Assembly (NCBI GenBank): GCA_050084985.1
Contig: JBITNC010000001.1
Location: 5,580,001 to 5,644,000, forward strand
Source: Nageia nagi
Taxonomy: Eukaryota > Plantae > Pinophyta
Length of the DNA stretch: 64,000 bases
Direction: 5' to 3'
In this document: positions 52,636 to 64,000 of the stretch, piece after piece
How the letters are laid out: each line of letters starts with the position of its first letter
How positions within the stretch are numbered: position 1 is the stretch's first letter
The notes under the pieces: model-generated
Database searches by the model: none
Told to the model about the DNA's origin: nothing
Seen by the model: only the letters and a program-made list of their open reading frames with translations
Position numbers and translations under genes: made by a program

Positions 52636-53440
52636 TAAGGTTGTTACGGACCGGGGTACGAGGAAATGAGGGGATGAATCCCCAAGGATGGTAGGGGGAT
52701 AGCGACACAAGTTTAGGAAACGTGAAGAGGACAAGTATATATATACTAAAAAATCCCTAAAATTTTCAAATTTAAGAAAAGTATATATTAGATATAATTT
52801 GAATGTTTCGTTCATCATTAGCATTCATGATTTTCATACAAGGACCAATTTAAATATGTGACATATTTTGAAAATGAAAATCTGTAACTACTAACATACT
52901 AACAAGTAAACATGTAACATGATTATAAAATGAAAATCAGAAATCTGAATCATAAATGTAAAATGATAAATCAGAATGAACCTTAAATATAGTCTAATAA
53001 TCATAATCAATAATCATAATGTCATTAAGTTTGAATATATCAAAGCCCAAAAACATACTTTTTGACTTGAATATGTCAAATAAGTAAAAAATGACAAATA
53101 AGTGTAAATGAAAAAATGATTGCAAAGTGAATATAAAGGCATGTTTTTAGGATTGAGGGTGGAGACCCTTGTACGACCCTCCACCTAAGGTTTATAAAAA
53201 TAAAATAAAATAAAAAATTCTTTCTACATTTTTAGTGTGCAAGAGGGGGGACAGCTAGAGTCGCCCCATTTTCAAAATTTTAAAAGGAAATGTCCCCACA
53301 ACCAGGAAAATCGTCTCGAGGACATCCCCTCCGTATGCCCTAAAAAAAGGACGGCGGGGAAACATCCCCTAAGGTGTCCCCAAGTCTCGGGGACGTGACG
53401 GATAGGGAAACGGAAAAAAAGGGAGGGAAGCATCCCGTTG
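52636..53440. mobile_element. Probable non-autonomous hAT-like DNA transposon (~0.8 kb)
   Basis: Flanked by a perfect 8-bp direct repeat ATAAAAAC (52628-52635 and 53441-53448). GC/CpG-rich subterminal regions with GGGGA(C/T)/(G/A)TCCCC motifs surround an AT-rich core. TIRs are weak. Confidence 0.55.
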
Positions 53441-54093
53441 ATAAAAACTATATTTGCACCATCATTTTTCTGCACCCTTTTAAGGGTTAATCATCTCTTG
53501 TTAAGTGAGTTAGGAGACAAATTGTGAAAGCACTCACATTGAAGATCACATGTTCAACTCCCATCCCTACATCGGTGATATTTAAATTCTTGATATGCCC
53601 TACAAACCAATAGTTTTAAAGAACAATAACTGTTGACTTGACTTCATATGCAAAATGACAGAAGCATAAAACATCATACCATTTCTCATATTTCCTAAGT
53701 GCACAATATCAACGAACATGAGAGGCAAAAAGATCAAAACATCCCCACTGAAACATCTTAAAAACACTCATCTGACTTCTTTTGCATCCAAAATCACATA
53801 ATTGCCACTTAAGCAGTGCTTATGAAGTCAAGGGCCTGAATGAGTGAAACCTCTGTTTGTGTCTGTACAAGAAAAGCTCAATGCCACACTATGACCTGGC
53901 ATTATAGTACTCAAAGAATGACTGATATTCTTAAATAAGCATGGATAATGGATCCAACATCAAATCTTTGAACTCTTTCAAATACAAGAATGTTATGTAA
54001 ATGCATAAAACATGTAAGATCTCAATTTACAGTACAAAGGATGCACTGGTGCAACTGCACATCAAATAGAGTCAGAAGCAATAGAATAAACTG

Positions 54094-54285
54094 TCATCCA
54101 GTGGCTAGTAGCCAGAATGTTACCAGAGCTGACAATCCAATAAACAACCAACTTATAAAAGCCATTGCAGCTGAAATTTGAAATCTGTGGCAATGTGTTT
54201 CAGCACAGTATCCTAAATCATTATCAAATAAAACAGTTACTCCTGCTGTAGAACATGCTGCCGCAAGAGAAAGCGTGGCTGTAAC
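54094..54285 (-). CDS. CASPL5: CASP-like protein (CASPL5 clade, DUF588/MARVEL-like), last coding exon
   Basis: Translates [63 protein letters not shown], the characteristic CASPL5 C-terminal half. AG acceptor at 54287-54286, TGA at 54096-54094, 192 nt, phase 0. Confidence 0.93.
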   Translation of the reverse strand, partial: VTATLSLAAACSTAGVTVLFDNDLGYCAETHCHRFQISAAMAFISWLFIGLSALVTFWLLATG

Positions 54286-54408
54286 CTGTGTTTGGGAAAA
54301 ATTCAGATTAAGCAAATAAAATATGATGGTAACTATGTTATCAATAGGGACAGCATTGTAATGAAAGACCCATAGAATTTGAATGTGTATAATTGAGTCT
54401 TTTCTTAC

Positions 54409-54541
54409 CCAATCTCCCACCACAAATAGGCTGACCAGCACTGGATTACGTAAGCCTCTTTTTATCAACAATGCATATGCATCAAGAGCTGCCAATCCGA
54501 AGCTCCACAAAAATTGTAAACCCATTGCTGCAACCAAATAA
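54409..54541 (-). CDS. CASPL5: CASP-like protein (CASPL5 clade), middle coding exon; exon 1 not found in window
   Basis: Translates (C)[44 protein letters not shown]. Acceptor TTGCAG ends at 54542; donor GTAAGA starts at 54408; a 123-nt intron follows. The phase-2 start fits the conserved TAFC/YL exon junction of CASPL5 genes. Confidence 0.93.
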
Positions 54542-54865
54542 CTGCAAGTGCAAAAATCAGCTGTGTCAGACATAGTTTATTCCTACTAACATGAGAACAT
54601 GCCAGAATATTAGCTATACAATAGAAAGTTCCCAAAAACATCTCTGCAAGTGCTTCTACAATAAGGAATACTTATAAGAATGTTAAATTATGATGATAGC
54701 TATTTGGTTGGGGATGGCAAAATCAAATACTAGGTTAAATCTTTTTCTGAAGGCTAACAGAGTCACAGAAGATCAGAAGATATTGGCTTCACAACATAAT
54801 TTAGAGCTCCTGGAACCATATGAGGATATTTAATTTGAAACCTACCAATATTACCTAAAGCGCAT

Positions 54866-56547
54866 ATATCATTTACCTTATTTTGGCCTTCATTGGTGTT
54901 CACCTCCATGGTTTCTATGCCTTCAACTTGCAATGTTTTGTCATCTCCAAGCTTGATCTTGGACTTGTAGGATTTGTCCATTGTAGCAAGCAACTCCCCC
55001 TTGCCGGTCACGTGGTTTGAGCAGCCTGTATCTAGAATCCATGTATCATTTAGATTCTGATAAGATTTGTCATATGTCAAGAACAAATTTGAGGATCCTT
55101 CCTCTTCTCCATATTGTGCACTACTCCTCCCTTCTTGAAATACCTTCAATTTACAATCTCTTTCACGGTGACCAAACTTGTTACAATAGTAACATCGTTT
55201 GTTTAGCTTGTCACCTCTTCCTCTTGAAGGAGAATGACCCCTTCCTTGTCCTCTTCCATTTCCACTTGCACTAGCTTCACCCTCCTTGGATGGAAAAGTT
55301 TTTTCTTCAACACCACCAACATTTGGAGATGAAAAATCTTTTAGTCTCTCTTCACGAGACATAAGTGAACAAATCAATTGATCATAATCAAGAATGAAAA
55401 GGTCCTTGCTCTCTTCAATTATGATGGCCACATGGTTCCATTTTGGGAGAAGTGTTCTCAACACTTTCTTTATCATAACTTCATTGTTTATCTCTTCACC
55501 AAGAGTTTGGATCTTGTTTACACAAGCTTTGACTCTTACACAGTAGTCATCTATATTTTCTTCATCTTGCATTTTGAGATTTTCAAAATATCATTTCAAA
55601 GTTTGAAGCTTGACTTGCTTCACTTGTCCACTCCCTTGATATCCATCCTTCAATGCCTTCCAAGCTTCACTTGCTATAGTACATAAAGCTATCATTAGAA
55701 AAATGCTTTTGCCGTGTGCATAGAGCTATTCTTCTTTTAAGCCTCCTTTCTTGCTGTCTTATTAGCTCCTGTGAGAGCACTCCAATTGGCAGGTTCATTG
55801 TAACCTTCTTCTACAATGTCCCAAATCCCTTTGCCTATGAGTCGAGTTTTTCATTTTTATACTCCAATACTCTTAGTCTTCACCAATGAATTCTAGGATT
55901 GGCAATGAGTTATTGTTGGCAGTCATTTGCACAACAAGAAGCTTTGAATCTCCCTTTTGCAAGAACTTGATAAGCTCTTACAAAACACTAACAAGCTTTC
56001 AAACCCAAAGACCAAATCAGCTCTGATACCAGAATGAAAATTGTTCTTGTTACATTACTAAAATGGAAATAATGATAAGTATATATAGTTTTGAGAATCA
56101 TAACCTAAGTACAAAACCTTACAAATCCACTAAATGAGAATGCAGTTCTCATGTTACAATACAACCAAATGAATGATCAACTAACCACTAAAAAACAGTA
56201 ATGAAATCCTTGTGAATAACACAACAAACTACTATACTACGAACACACGAGTTCTTCCCTATTACAACTAAGAACTGCATAAAGTATGCAACTCAAACAA
56301 TGAAGAAAACATGAAAGAAAATGGACAAACTAGGAAACTGCCAAAAATACTGATGAAACATGCATCCTTTGACGAAACGTGCTCACATTTGGAAAACACC
56401 CCATGTTCCAGAAGTGAAACGCATTGAGTACAAAACACACCTGTGTTTCCTGATGAAACGCCCTAACCTGCTGTGATTTGTCAGTAACTCGGACAGAATG
56501 CTAGAATTAAGGTGAAATGTCTGGTTAAGTAAACTCAATTTCCAACA
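54866..56547 (-). mobile_element. 3'-truncated Ty1/copia element E (5' LTR, PBS, gag, protease) in CASPL5 intron 1
   Basis: LTR 56035-56547 (TGTTGG...TTTTCA on minus). Perfect PBS TGGTATCAGAGC at 56031-56020. gag ATG at 55926. ORF 54763-55572 has UBN2-like gag, CYYCNKFGHRERDC knuckle and WILDTGCSNH protease. Homology ends at ~54866. Confidence 0.9.
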
Positions 56548-56551
56548 ATGC

Positions 56552-56690
56552 ACACTTAATTTATTTGACCACTATATAGTATAAACTATAAAACATATTC
56601 ACTTAAATTTATTTGACCACTATATAGTATAAACTATAAACCATATTCACTTAATTTATTTGACCACTATATAGTATAAACTATAAATAT
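56552..56690. repeat. Tandem repeat, 3 x ~47 bp
   Basis: CACTTAATTTATTTGACCACTATATAGTATAAACTATAAA.. repeated three times, nearly identical. Confidence 0.9.
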
Positions 56691-56845
56691 TCTGATAATT
56701 AAATTTTTGAGTCCTATGTTGAACATGGCTTAATGAAAACAGGGTAATCCGCAATCCTCAGAAATTATCGAGGACTTGGGACTTGCTTTTGAGCTGTGGC
56801 AAATTGTATTGTTTGGCTGATCCACCACAAAATTCAAATGCAGTT

Positions 56846-59800
56846 TGTTGGAAAGTGACTTGATATCACGACATCAATTTTGTCAGTGACAACGCTCCTG
56901 CTAGAGACTCAACGTCAATGCCGACGTTAGAGTTCTTGTTGGATTGATTCTTGAAACATTACTTATAGATTCTTTTGTAACTATAGATTCCATGTAACGT
57001 AAGAATTCTAATTGTATATTATTCTTCACGAATCTTAGGGTTGAGGTAGACTTAGGATAGTCATTCATTTTGCTGATTCTCGGTTTTTCATTCTTCTTGT
57101 ATTGTATTGAGCTTGTTTAGACTATAGCTGTTAGTTAATTGCTTCCTCCATTACTGTATCTCAGTTTGGGTTCTATTCAGTTTGGGTTCTATTGCCACCA
57201 TTTGTAAGCTCTTTATTTCAATTAATATAGTTCATATATTCATCTCCATTGTTGGTCTTGATTTGGTGAATGATGGTTCCATTTAGTTGCTTCATCTTCA
57301 TAAATGTTATTGTTTGAGTTTATATTATATACCTAATTTTGGTATCAAAGCTAGTCAAATTGCAAGGTTTGAAGTTTTGATCTTAATAGCATTTTACTAA
57401 GTTGCTATTTGAGATTATTGTTTGTGCTATTATGGCAACCAATAGAAACTCTCTTCCCATTCCAGAGTATGATGGAGCAGACTATGAGTATTGGAGCATC
57501 AAGATGAAGACTTTGTTGATGGGCATAGATTTATGGGACATTGTAGAGGATGGATATCTTGAACCAGTGGATTGAAGCTTACTTAGAGATGATGATAAAA
57601 AAGCAAGGAAGAAGACACAAAAGAAATATCTATCACTTTACCATCTTCAATCAACAATTGATAAAAGCATATTTCCAAGGATTGTAGGTTGTAAGCTAAC
57701 TACAGAAGCTTGGAAAGCATTGCAAGAAGGTTACCAAGTTAGTAACCAAGTGAAAGACATCAAGTTGCAAACTTTGACAAAGGAGTTTAAGAACTTGAGG
57801 ATGCAAGAGAATGAAGGGGCTGGAGACTATTGTGTTAGAGTGAAGGCAGTTGTCAATAAGATGGCAACTCTTGGAGAAGAGCTTGAAAAGCCTGTAGTGA
57901 TCAAAAAAGTGTCGAGAACACTCACTTCTAGGTGGAACCACATTGCTCTCATCATTTGAGGAGACCAAAGATCTAGCTACACTCGAGATTGGTCAGCTCA
58001 TTGGCTCTTTCATGTTACATGAAGAGAGGCTGAAGGAAACTATTGTTGGTAGCAGCGAAGAGAAAAATTTCACCAACGCTAGCGCTCAGCCTAGCATCAG
58101 TGCTGAGGCTTCTAGTGGAGGGAAAGGGAATGGCCAGGGAAGAGGCCAACAACTTCTAAAGTAAGAGATCAAGGTGGTTCTACTCACGGTCAAGACCGAG
58201 GAATAGGTGACAAGAAAAATATGCAATGTCACCATTATAACAAGTTTGATCACTTTGAAAGAGAGTGCAGATTAAAGAATGGCAATGAAAGGAGGTCTGC
58301 AAACTATGGAGGGGAGGAGGCTCCTGCTAAACAAATGATGTTCCTATCTTATGGCCAAGCTGAGAAGAACCTTCGAGAAACCTGGTTGCTTGATACGGTG
58401 TGCTCAAATCACATGGCCGACAAGGGGGAGATGTTCTCTTCCTCGGATCACTCCTACAAGTCTAGCATTAGGCTTGGTGATGACAAATCCTTGCAGGTTG
58501 CAGCCAAAGGTGTGGTGGAAGTGGCCAGCAATGAAGGCAAAAAAGAGGTACATGATATTTACTGCACTCCATATATGAAACATAATTTGTTGAGTGTAGG
58601 ACAAATCATGGAGAGACTATAAATTAGTTTTTGATGATGGAAAGTGTGGTGTTTATGACAAGAATCATGGGAATAGGTTGGTCACTATTGTTCCTATGAC
58701 AAAAAATAGGCTTTTTCCCTTGAAGTTTGCAGGTGAAGCGGGAAAACTTGCAAATGTGGTTGCACATGGAGTAGCAGTTGAAAACAAAACTTGGTTGTCG
58801 CATTTCAGATATGGTCACTTAAACTTTGCAAGCATGAAATTGTTGACATCTCATCAAATAGTATGTGGTTTTCTTGAAGTGGAAGACTCCAAAGTTGTTT
58901 GTGAAGGGTGTGCTCTTTGGAAGCATGCTAGGAAGAGCTTTCCTAAAGAGGAAGCATGGAGGGCTTTGTAACCACTTCAGTTGATTCATTCTAACATTTA
59001 TGGGCCAATACAAACTCAGAGTTTGGGTAAGAACTTTTATTTTTTTACCTTCATAGATGATTTTTCAAGAATGTGTTGGGTTTTCTTTCTCAAGCATAAA
59101 GATGAAGTCTTCCAATGTTTCAAGAATTTGAAAAATTCTATAGAGAATCAATGTGATTCTAGGATTAAATGTTTGAAGACTGACCGTGGTTGAGAGTTTT
59201 GCTCCAATGAATTCCTCCAATTTTGCCAAGAAAATAGGATTAAGTGGCAACTCACTGCTGTCTACACCCCACAACAAAATGGAGTGGCAGAAAGCAAAAA
59301 TAGAATTGTTGTAGAGATGGCTATAAGCATGTTGCAAAACAAAAAGTTAACAAATATGTATTGGGTTGATGTTGTTAGGACAGCAGTATATATTTTGAAT
59401 AGAAGTCCCACAAGAAGCTTGGAGAACATCACTCTTGATGAGGCTTGGTATCAAAAGAAACCTAATGTGAATCACTTCAAAGTGTTTGGGTGCAAGGCAT
59501 TTGCTAATGTAGTTGATGAACAACGAAATAAGCTTGATGCAAAGAGTGAAGTTTGGATTTTTATTGGCTATTGTGAGAAGACAAAAGCCTATAGGCTTTA
59601 CAATCCCAAAACTAGAAATATTATAATCTCAAGAGATTGGATTTTTGATGAAGGGGGAGTGTATGGTCATCAAAAACTATATGTTGATGATGGCAGCAGC
59701 TGTTATAGTTCTTCTAATGAGAAGAAAGCGCAGCTATATGTGCAGCCTAGTGTACAAACTTGTGAGTAGCCCAAACCTCCTTCAACCAGCACCAGCGTTG

Positions 59801-62130
59801 GGCCAGCGTCGATGCTCAGCTTCTTCCACAAAGTCCAACAACAAGTCCGTCAAACAGTCCAAAGCAAAGCACATCTAACCCTTCTTCAAGTGATGATTCA
59901 CAGAATATTTTTTCAGAAGTGAGGAGGACAAAGGAGGCTAAAGCACTTCAAATTCATCCACCTTCTCAAGTATTGGATACCAATTTTCAAACAAGGCTGA
60001 CTAGAGGCCAAGCACAAGAGATGGATCAAGTATATGCACACGTATGGAGATGAAGATGATGGTAAACCCAAAGGTGACATGGTAAATTATGCTTTGCTTT
60101 CTACTATTGTTTGTGAGGCCTCTTGTTATGAAAATGCTTGTACTAATGATGTTTGGGTGCAAGCTATGAAAAATGAATCAATTCCATTGTTAAGAATGAT
60201 ACTTGGGAGCTATGTGAGCTGCCCTATGATGATCCCAAATCAGCGGATCATGCTCAAAGGTGCCCTAGGAGAGGGACGTTTGGTTTCTTGCTCCAAATAT
60301 AGCCAATCAAACCTAAAATTGCAAAAGAAATGTAAATTCAAACCACAAAATATCTCTAAAAATTCAATGTAGGGCTTAAGGAAGCAAAACATAATCTAAA
60401 CTACAAAATAGCACTTCCGGTTCCAACGTCCAAGCACAAAGAGACAATAAGAACAGAATGACAACAATAATGTAATTGTATTGAGATAGCAATGGTAGAT
60501 CCGCAATTAAAATGTTTTTGTGCCTAAGGAGCTTACACCAAGGTTGCCTCCAATAGGGTTTTTGTGGATGGCTCCAAGGCCTCACCAATCGCAGCAACAG
60601 CAAGGCCAAGCTCAAGGCTTCCCTACTTCTTTGTGATGGAACAATCAGGGTTCGTCTCTCGAATGGCTGGAGTAAGCTCAAGGTTAGCCTTCAATCACCT
60701 TAAGACCTCAAATGTAGATTGTTCCACAAGTGGCAAAGAAAGAGTTCTCACACTGAGTTCAATAAAAAGAGGTTTAATCATAAATTCAACATATCTTGTG
60801 TAATCCAAAAGTCCACCTTATATAGGAGAGATAGTCCATCTTCTAATCTTGTGTTGAGGTGATCTAACGGTGCATAATGATGATCTATGTGCTCATGATG
60901 CTAACGTCCAAGATGGAGAGCCTTGGGATCAACAAAATCACATCCAAGGGCCTAGAGATGCAACGTTGGAATGAGGGGGCCTTAGAGGTGCCTCAATGTC
61001 AATGCCATGCGCTAGGATCTAGGTTGTCTAGATGCCCAACATGGAGTCTTGAAGTCCACACAAGCCCAATGTCTAAGGAGGATAGCTCTTTAATGCCTCG
61101 TGATGCCAAATTCCTCTTTGGATGTGCCATATCCAAGCTTGGAAGTCTTTATGATGCCTCTTAGTATGTGTAATCACATAGAGGGGTGCTCTACCTCGAA
61201 GAGGGGAGCATTAATGACGAAAGGTCCATCTAATGCCAATTTACAATCATCAATTGGAGACAAATATTGCATTTACAATAATAATGGCCTTCGTATCATT
61301 AATACAACATTATTGGCATATTAAGGCACTCAACTATACATAATGAACTAAATAAAAGTCCATCATTCCATAGTTAGAGAATTTAACTAAGTCTCTAAGT
61401 GGAACTTACAATATTTGGCCAAAAACTACTAAAATAGACAAAATCACTCCTAAACTAATGTTCCCATTTATCAGTGGTGAAATGGAGAAAACACCATAAA
61501 AATAGGGACATTACATGCCCAAAGGAAAGAAATGTGTGGAATCCAAGTGGGTCTACAAGACCAAGTATAACAATGATGGGACTGTTAAAAGATTAAAAGC
61601 AAGGCTGGTTGCCAAGGGATTCACATAGAAATATGGGATTGACTATGAAGAAACATTTGCTCTTATAGCAAAGCAAGAGATTGTTAGAATGTTCATTTCC
61701 TTGGCTGCTCATAAATGTTGTATTATACTTCATATGGATGTTGAAAGTGCCTTCTTGAATGGTACTTAGATGAGGAAGTTTATGTGCAACAGCCTCAAGG
61801 TTTTGAAGTAAAAACGAAAAGAAAAGTTGGTGTACAAGTTGAAGAAGGCCTTGTATGGTCTCAAGCAAGCTCCAAGAGCTTGGTACACTAGAATTGATGG
61901 CTACTTTCATAAGAGTGGCTTCAAGAGGAGCAAATCAAAACCTACCTTATATCTCAAGAAAGACGGTAATGACATCCTACTTTTTTGTTTGTATGTAGAT
62001 GATTTGATCTATATGGGCAGTAGTTATGTTTTGAATCATAGCTTCAAGGTCGATATGATGTACGAGTTTGAAATGAAGGATTTGGGGCTGAAGCATTATT
62101 TCATTGGCATGGAAGTGCATCAAAACAAAT
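56846..62130 (+). mobile_element. Ty1/copia element F (gag-PR-INT-RT), interrupted by a solo LTR and by element G; remainder beyond window
   Basis: LTR from TGTTGGAAAG at 56846 to ~57336. PBS TGGTATCAAAGC at 57340-57351. gag ATG at 57432. Motifs CHHYNKFDHFEREC, WLLDTVCSNH, FIDDFSR, KTDRG, LKKALYGLKQAPRAW, and YVDD at 61992-62003. Confidence 0.93.
60225..61515 (-). mobile_element. Solo LTR of gypsy family A inserted in the RT of element F
   Basis: 1291 bp, homologous to 2386-3729 and 7063-8416. Perfect 5-bp TSD TGCCC (60220-60224 and 61516-61520). Removal restores NDTWELCELPKGKKCVESKW. Confidence 0.95.
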
Positions 62131-64000
62131 TGTAAATTTGAGCACACTAAATCATATTATATTGCTTTATTAAATAGAAAGGGAGCTACAAACAGGTACG
62201 GAAGTTACATTCTAAAGAAAGAAAAAGGAGTTACATTCCCTTAATAATAGCTACCCTTACAACACTATCAAATATCTTTAACACAAATATTTCTAGCACC
62301 TGCCCCCTTAATGAAAAATCCCTAAGATTTTGTCATTACATCAACATTATACTCAACAGCAATGGGCTCATTTGAAGTCTCATACCAGGAACCTTATCAC
62401 ATTTGTTTACAACTGTATCAAATCAACATCAATGGTTGGGAACCCACACATCCAACCAATGAAGGTGATCGAGGACCAAGCACATCAGATCACTACTAAC
62501 CATGTATGAATGGGGACCAAGCACATCCCATCACACAACCTTGAAAGCACACATCAACTTCATGACAATACCTTCATCATTTTTCACCATAGAGGGGTAC
62601 AGACTCACACAAATACTCAAACTCTCCAACACACACAAACAACATGTGTGAATGGGAACAAATATATCCATTCACACTTATTAATATCTCTATACATTTA
62701 GAAAGCAATTCTTCCTCATCATCCTCGAATGGAGGATCACTGGTATGTGCTCTAAACATACATTTATCATCATTGACCACCATTGCTTCTTCATCATCAG
62801 TGGCAACCAGAGCTTGATTTGGCTTTAGTTTATCATTGAGTAGATCCTTTGCCCGTTGCTTGCAATTCATAATAGTATGCTCTGGCTGTTTACAATAATA
62901 GCACACAATTCTAGTAGTAGATCTAGAGGAATATTTCTTGTACCCAAAAAGATATCTTCAAGAGTAACATTTACCTTGTTTTATGTGAACACAATATTGT
63001 CATAGCTAGAGGGAATGCTATTTAATAAAATGGCTTTTGCATCATCATCATCTACCTTAGCTTTTATCCCAGCTAGTTGATTCAACAGGGAACGAAACTT
63101 ACTAATGTGTTGAACAACATTATTGCTTTCCATCATCTTTAGCTCAAATAGCTTGTGATTCAAGACCATCTTTGCATTTGATACTTGTGAACTGAACAAA
63201 GTACTAAAAGCATCTGAGACTTGCTTTGAGGTCTTTGAAAAATCAATATGGTGCAGGTATGCATCTGAAAATCCAAGACCAATTAAAGTTGTTGCCCTTC
63301 GATCTCCTATCATCCACTTTGAGATTTCATCTGCATCAAATGGCTTTCATGTAGTTCCACTCACTACATCCCATAGATCTTTTTCAATAAGAATCAATTG
63401 CAGTTTGATTTGCCAAGTGTGAAAACCATTTCCCTCAAATTTTGGAAGAGTGATAACTTTATCCATACTTCAAAAACATCACAATACACTAATCTCTAAA
63501 AATACACCTTTCACACTATACGGAACAAACTCCTCTTATCCTCAAATTGGATGCTTTGCCAAAGACTTCACCTTGAATGACAACAATCACAACTCCAAAC
63601 AACACATCGTCAAGCTATGTGCACCAACTAACTTACAGACAACTTGAATCACAATCACAAGGTAAATCAACATACACACCAAACAAGCCAACACTCACGA
63701 AAGATGGAAAACCACACGCGTAGTCCAATCTCACTCTTCGCAAAATGAACTCTTCAACACAAATCCTTCTTTCTAAAAGCAAATGACATCACCAGAAAAC
63801 AACCCTACGCTTTGTTCCTCTCACAAATATTACACGAAATGGGCAGTTTCACATGGGGTTTTTCCAACTTCCTTGCTCTGATACCAAATTGTAAATTTGA
63901 GCACACTAAATCATATTGTATTGCTTTATTAAATAGAAAGGGAGTTACAAACATGTATGGAAGTTACATTCTAAAGAAAGAAAAAGGAGTTACATTCCCT
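62131..64000 (-). mobile_element. Small gag-only copia-derived element G (TR-GAG-like), ~1.9 kb
   Basis: 168-bp 3' LTR at 62131-62298. 5' LTR from 63890, cut by the window end; 4 mismatches in 111 comparable bp. Perfect PBS at 63875-63886. PPT AAGGGGGCAGG at 62299-62309. gag starts at ATG 63466 (MDKVITLPKFEGNGFHTWQIK) and includes CYYCKQPEHTIMNC. No pol. Confidence 0.88.

Larger units (their letters stand above)
54542..64000 (-). other. CASPL5 intron 1 (>9.4 kb, TE-filled, probably continues beyond window)
   Basis: No sequence encoding the expected first exon (PGT..GL.LR..Q...TAF) was found between 54542 and 64000. Almost all of this interval is assignable to LTR elements. Confidence 0.7.

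Noticed and set aside
54094-54573. 159-aa single-exon ORF as the complete CASPL protein
   Set aside because: It reads through a canonical GT-AG intron (54408-54286) and lacks the conserved first transmembrane segment; the spliced model fits the family better.
54861-54866. Possible TSD (TGCAT/TGCGC on minus) around truncated element E
   Set aside because: Only a 3/5 match and no LTR end on that side; a later deletion is simpler.
56020-56031. tRNA-Met gene
   Set aside because: Only the 12-nt primer binding site complementary to the tRNA 3' end; no cloverleaf.
56552-56690. CRISPR-like repeat array
   Set aside because: Contiguous tandem copies without unique spacers, in a eukaryotic context with no cas genes.
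56820-56845. ACTGCATTT (TAF) on minus as a candidate end of CASPL5 exon 1
   Set aside because: No GT donor in the right phase, and the upstream sequence is the LTR of element F rather than CASPL code.
60564-61324. Recurring short ORFs (e.g. STSGKERVLT, LKRGALM) seen at several loci as a conserved gene
   Set aside because: They recur only because they lie in copies of the same LTR, antisense to the element, and their frames are not preserved between copies.

Overview
AT-rich, strongly CpG-depleted plant nuclear DNA that looks like a large gymnosperm/conifer-type genome (inference from the TE landscape and the very long intron). Most of the window is nested, decayed LTR retrotransposons. One host gene is present: the last two coding exons of a CASP-like (CASPL5 clade) membrane protein gene on the minus strand (54409-54541 and 54094-54285). 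Its first exon was not found, so intron 1 is probably >9.4 kb; it holds three copia-type elements and a solo LTR. The intergenic part holds five related Ty3/gypsy (chromovirus-derived) elements with 1.2-1.55 kb LTRs, a tRNA-iMet PBS and a PPT. The four complete ones show no recognisable RT/RNaseH/integrase core. There is a three-level nest (gypsy 10511-30646 > gypsy 13935-27735 > copia 15280-23555) and an old copia (about 31210-48185) split by two insertions. The most notable observations are (i) the pol-less gypsy family with mosaic LTRs and shared unassigned ORF segments, (ii) a ~1.9 kb gag-only (TR-GAG-like) copia element, (iii) a 1.44 kb TG..CA insertion whose end carries two PBS copies and a perfect 20-bp palindrome, and (iv) a sense-oriented copia lacking its 3' LTR just upstream of CASPL exon 2. 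No rRNA, tRNA or CRISPR array was seen. All alignments were made by eye.
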